Assembly: GCA_963667565.1 (NCBI GenBank)
Contig: OY763415.1
Span: 1,216,001 to 1,280,000, forward strand
From: Acholeplasmataceae bacterium
GTDB taxonomy: Bacteria > Bacillota_I > Bacilli_A > Acholeplasmatales > Acholeplasmataceae
DNA: 64,000 bases
Direction of reading: 5' to 3'
Of this stretch, positions 60,446-64,000 are shown one piece after another (positions within the stretch are counted from its first letter, which is position 1; the number at the start of each line of letters is the position of its first letter). The notes below the pieces were generated by a model. It did no database searches. It was not told where the DNA came from and was given only the letters and a program-made list of their open reading frames with translations. The position numbers and the translations under genes were made by a program.

Positions 60446-61144
60446 TTACTCAAATGCCATCACTGGTAATTTATGCTTTAGATAATGATCCCAAGTCCAT
60501 AAAAATAATGCATGAACTGGAAGAAATAGCGCGCCTAATCCTAAATAATCAAACATGGTTCCTTCTATTGCTGGTTCATAAATATACATCGCATCTAGAT
60601 ATCCAAATTTAGTAATTAGTATAACACCTAAAGTGATATACAATGCTAATCCAAGTGGAAGGATAAACCATTTTTTTAATGATGGTCTAACATATCCAGT
60701 CATAAATAAGACTAAAATAAGAAAAATCATGATGGTATGATGAAGTAATCCTGAGATTGTCATACTATACCAAATGGAGTCTGCTTGAACAATAAAATCC
60801 GGATAGATAAGTGTTAATAAACCTCCTAAAAATCCAATATAGACTAACGCGTGAAATATGGGATGATCCTTCTTTAAAAATATGGCAGCTAAAGCTAACG
60901 AAAAGCTAGTAACTCCACAATAGGTGCTTGGAATAAAAAACTGAAATCCATCGCGCAAAGCACATACCGCAATTCTATTCCATAAAATGGAAATCAGTAA
61001 AACAATCCCAATGATTCTAATCATTTTTCTTGCTGTTTTCTCACTTTTAACATGTCGATATATCCATATCAACCCCAAAACCATAAGTGTGATGACAACA
61101 GCATCATATGTTAAATGTTGCCATCCAAAAATCTGTGGTGTCAT
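60446..61144 (-). CDS. YwaF/TMEM164-family integral membrane protein
   Basis: FGWQH, PSTYCG, LIYPD, LLHH, about 7 TM. Confidence 0.7.
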   Translation of the reverse strand: MTPQIFGWQHLTYDAVVITLMVLGLIWIYRHVKSEKTARKMIRIIGIVLLISILWNRIAVCALRDGFQFFIPSTYCGVTSFSLALAAIFLKKDHPIFHALVYIGFLGGLLTLIYPDFIVQADSIWYSMTISGLLHHTIMIFLILVLFMTGYVRPSLKKWFILPLGLALYITLGVILITKFGYLDAMYIYEPAIEGTMFDYLGLGALFLPVHALFLWTWDHYLKHKLPVMAFE

Positions 61145-61269
61145 AAATTTGTCCCTCTATTTATCGTAGTGTAGTATCTAAAGATATTGTATCACACGAT
61201 GATGGCTTATGGACAAATATTTTATTTCATGTTAAACTTAAATATATTAGATTTAATAGGAGGGGTTTT

Positions 61270-61428
61270 ATGACTTGGTTCTTTATCATTTTAGGTTGTG
61301 CAATTCTTTTAATGCTCATTATTTCTTTCATTCCAGTTGATAATGCTGCAGAAAAAAGATTTAGATCTGGTAATCACAATAAAATTCATAATAATCATGG
61401 ATCTTTTGGTACAAGGGGTCGTAGATAG
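61270..61428 (+). CDS. Unannotated 52-aa single-TM microprotein
   Basis: MTWFFIILGCAILLMLIISFIPVDNAAEKRFRSGNHNKIHNNHGSFGTRGRR; promoter TGGACA-17-TAAACT (61210-61238), RBS AGGAGG, terminator directly after. Confidence 0.75.
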   Translation: MTWFFIILGCAILLMLIISFIPVDNAAEKRFRSGNHNKIHNNHGSFGTRGRR

Positions 61429-61430
61429 AC

Positions 61431-61459
61431 AAAACACCTTACATCGCTAAGGTGTTTTT
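61431..61459 (+). terminator. Terminator of microprotein 1
   Basis: AAAACACCTTA-CATCGC-TAAGGTGTTTTT. Confidence 0.8.
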
Positions 61460-61629
61460 ATTTAAATATTTAGTCTTATTTCACACATGAGCATACTAAA
61501 TCAAATGTGATAAAACCGTTTTTTTCTATGAAATAAATGGCTGTAGACTTCTAACCACTACTTATGCAATTTGATAAAAATCTCAATTTTTGGTAAAATA
61601 AGGATAAATAGAGACTTTGGAGGGATTAT

Positions 61630-61785
61630 ATGATTTATGCTATACTTATTGTAGCGGTTATTATTTTATTTCTTATTAAGATTTTTTTACTACCATCAGA
61701 TAAAAATACAAAAAAAGGATATGGTTCTGGTCATAACTATATACCAAAAATTCGTCCTGGTGATGGTCGTTATAAAAATAAATAA
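61630..61785 (+). CDS. Unannotated 51-aa single-TM microprotein, paralogue of 61270..61428
   Basis: MIYAILIVAVIILFLIKIFLLPSDKNTKKGYGSGHNYIPKIRPGDGRYKNK; promoter TTGATA-17-TAAAAT (61571-61599), RBS GGAGGG. Confidence 0.75.
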   Translation: MIYAILIVAVIILFLIKIFLLPSDKNTKKGYGSGHNYIPKIRPGDGRYKNK

Positions 61786-61787
61786 AC

Positions 61788-61821
61788 AAAAAGCACCTTA
61801 CTTTTGTAAGGTGCTATTTTT
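61788..61821. terminator. Bidirectional terminator
   Basis: AAAAAGCACCTTAC-TTTT-GTAAGGTGCTATTTTT. Confidence 0.8.
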
Positions 61822-61838
61822 ATACAATAATTCAAAGA

Positions 61839-63899
61839 TTAAGCAATACTTAATGCATAAACAGCGGTATTTGCTAATGTGATTAACGTGAAGAACATAG
61901 TTGTAAAGAATACTGAAGTCCAAACGTTTCCAGTTTTTTGTGAAATTCTTCTCATTAAAATACCAGCGACTGATAATGTTGGAATTAAACCAACACATAG
62001 AATTGCAGATAAACTAAATGTAGGATAAGCTGCAACACCTGAAGTATATAATACACCATATTGATATACTAAGAAAATAATGACAGGTCCTGCAAGTAAG
62101 AATGCAGATAATAAATCAGCTTTCCAACCTTTCATACCTTTAGAGTTAACAAATACTGTTACTGAAGCAGCTAAATAATAAATAAAGAATAACGGCATAT
62201 ATTTAAGTGCTGCAACAAATTGATGACTATTAAAGATTTGAATAGCATACGTATAGAATCTAAAATCAGTTAAGAAGATCCATCCTACGAGTGCGACTAA
62301 GAATAATGCTGCAACGGTTAATGCTAGTGCTGTTAAGAAACTTGCTCCAACTTGCTTAGAAGATGCTTTCAATCCATAAGGATTAATGACTTCTTCACCA
62401 GCATTCATTGCAGGTGTTACACTAAATACAATTAAGAAAATAAGGAATGCATTACCAATTGCCCAGTAAACGATTGTATTGACTGAAGGTGCACTCCAGA
62501 AAATGACATTACTTATGATTTGAGTGTTATTTAAAAACCATCTAAATGCTAAAGCGAGTAAGATAATCGTTAATCCGCCAAATGATACTTTTTGTGCCAT
62601 CTTAATCTTGTGATCATCTTTACCTAAGATTGCAAAAATCCAAATAGCGCCTAATACTAATACAACTGCACCAATAAGATAATACATTGCATTTGCTAAG
62701 TTAATTAAATCCGCTGAACGATCCATTAATAAAGTAATGAAAAATACCGTTAACAATGTAGAAATCGATATAACAATCCACTTCATACCTTTCTTTTCTG
62801 GAGATAACTTAACTTCTTGCTCAACTAAAGCTTCACCATTTGCATATACATGTTTAAATACTGGAAGTTTAGAAATAAGTGCAAATAATGGGAATAACAT
62901 GACAAATAATGAAACAAGTGCTAAAAGTGTAAATGCTTCTTTTAACCACCACACTTGTGTTGTAGAACCAGTATCAACACCATAGTTTGATAATGTTTGT
63001 AATCCATGAAGTGTTAATTGGTAAGAGAATGCTTCTTCAAAGAACTCAATTGTATACTTGCCTGATTCTAAAGACCAAGTGTCTTGAGGGTGAGTTTCAT
63101 TTGGAGTATATATAACTCTTTGACCGCCATCATAGCTATAGAATACACCAGCTTCTGCTTCACCTTCTGTTGTTCTTCCTAAAAATGCAAGACCAACTGC
63201 ATCTTCAGTATAGTCTTTATAGACCACTGAGCCAGCACTTGTACCTGAATTATCAAAGAAGAATTGATCATAATGGGCAGCAATCACACCACTTGAACGT
63301 GTTTGGAAATAAGTTTCTGGATTTGCAGTAAAGATATATCTAAAATCTGCACCCACAGCAAGTGAAGCAGCAATCATTCTATGACCTGATACTGCATATT
63401 GCATTTCATCAAAAATAACAGCATATTCTGATGAGAAACCACCCATTGAGTGACCACTAACACCTATCATACCATTGCCATTAGCATCTTTTAATACATA
63501 ATCTTGAGCATACATATAAGTTACAGCATCAAACATTGAATATACATAGAAATTAAATGCTGATGGTGTATCCCATGTAGAATCACCATGATCATACATA
63601 TCAAATGCTAAGACAACATACCCACGTCTTGATAATTCAATAGCACCTATTTCTTGCATTTCTGAATTATTTAAGTATCCGTGAGTCAAAACAACTGCAG
63701 GAGCTGGATGAGATGCATCCACACCTCTTGGTGTGTATAAATATCCTGATAACTCTCCACGTTCTGTTTCAAACGAGACCTTATCTACTTTAACGCTAAA
63801 GAATGAGTTTTGAACAAGTGATGCTCCTAAACTAAATGCTAGCGTAGCAATAACTAAGATCACAAGCCACTTAAGTGACTTTGACATATTTTTAAACAT
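61839..63899 (-). CDS. Membrane-bound alpha/beta hydrolase with a polytopic C-terminal membrane domain
   Basis: PAVVLTHGY, FDMYDHGDS, GVSGHSMGG nucleophile elbow, ETHP; N-terminal TM and about 10 C-terminal TM. Confidence 0.82.
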   Translation of the reverse strand: MFKNMSKSLKWLVILVIATLAFSLGASLVQNSFFSVKVDKVSFETERGELSGYLYTPRGVDASHPAPAVVLTHGYLNNSEMQEIGAIELSRRGYVVLAFDMYDHGDSTWDTPSAFNFYVYSMFDAVTYMYAQDYVLKDANGNGMIGVSGHSMGGFSSEYAVIFDEMQYAVSGHRMIAASLAVGADFRYIFTANPETYFQTRSSGVIAAHYDQFFFDNSGTSAGSVVYKDYTEDAVGLAFLGRTTEGEAEAGVFYSYDGGQRVIYTPNETHPQDTWSLESGKYTIEFFEEAFSYQLTLHGLQTLSNYGVDTGSTTQVWWLKEAFTLLALVSLFVMLFPLFALISKLPVFKHVYANGEALVEQEVKLSPEKKGMKWIVISISTLLTVFFITLLMDRSADLINLANAMYYLIGAVVLVLGAIWIFAILGKDDHKIKMAQKVSFGGLTIILLALAFRWFLNNTQIISNVIFWSAPSVNTIVYWAIGNAFLIFLIVFSVTPAMNAGEEVINPYGLKASSKQVGASFLTALALTVAALFLVALVGWIFLTDFRFYTYAIQIFNSHQFVAALKYMPLFFIYYLAASVTVFVNSKGMKGWKADLLSAFLLAGPVIIFLVYQYGVLYTSGVAAYPTFSLSAILCVGLIPTLSVAGILMRRISQKTGNVWTSVFFTTMFFTLITLANTAVYALSIA

Positions 63900-63939
63900 A
63901 TTTTTCTCCCTTCTCTATATGTTTTAATACCCTTTTAGG

Positions 63940-63985
63940 AAAAAATAAAAAGCGAAACAAAAACATTAGCTGTTTGTGCTTCGCT
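63940..63985 (-). terminator. Terminator immediately upstream of the hydrolase gene
   Basis: Minus strand AGCGAAGCACAAACA-GCTAA-TGTTTTTGTTTCGCT then TTTTATTTTTT. Confidence 0.75.
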
Positions 63986-64000
63986 CGAATTCTCTCGCAG

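Noticed and set aside
50..62985. Short ORFs antisense to or overlapping real genes (e.g. 1371-1634, 10582-10935, 13120-13539, 17702-18019, 28595-28903, 40364-40720, 49958-50170, 50455-50640, 60409-60612, 61798-61998)
   Set aside because: Shadow frames of well-supported genes, with no RBS or motifs.
1..64000. Genetic code 4 (TGA=Trp), rRNA/tRNA genes, prophage, defence systems
   Set aside because: Genes are full length under code 11 and several end in TGA; I recognised no RNA genes, phage genes or defence genes.

Overview
AT-rich (roughly 30% GC by eye) bacterial chromosome segment, almost entirely coding and mostly on the minus strand. It uses genetic code 11 (TGA is a stop, Trp is TGG) with Firmicutes-type AGGAGG ribosome binding sites (RBS), sigma70 promoters and many acidic lipoproteins. 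This fits a free-living Acholeplasmatales/Izemoplasmatales-like Mollicute (inference). Contents in order: a mixed class Ib + class III ribonucleotide reductase (RNR) operon (nrdI-nrdD-nrdG-nrdE-nrdF plus a probable redoxin gene at the edge) behind a structured, terminator-containing leader; pstSCAB-phoU-phoPR; corA; an ABC exporter; a YerC/HisR regulator with an amino-acid ABC importer; two c-di-GMP enzymes; a 1359-aa repeat lipoprotein; aldehyde dehydrogenase; a leucine dehydrogenase + 2-oxoacid:ferredoxin oxidoreductase operon; MarR-MFS; a sucrose locus with amylosucrase; purine nucleoside phosphorylase; a GH3 lipoprotein; rlmD; an intact heliorhodopsin; two unannotated paralogous membrane microproteins; and a membrane alpha/beta-hydrolase. 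I saw no rRNA, tRNA, CRISPR, IS or prophage. Best leads: a candidate new riboswitch/attenuator on the dual RNR operon, the heliorhodopsin, the tandem microproteins, and a possible non-contiguous sucrose operon. All calls come from motif recognition by eye; no searches or folding programs were run.
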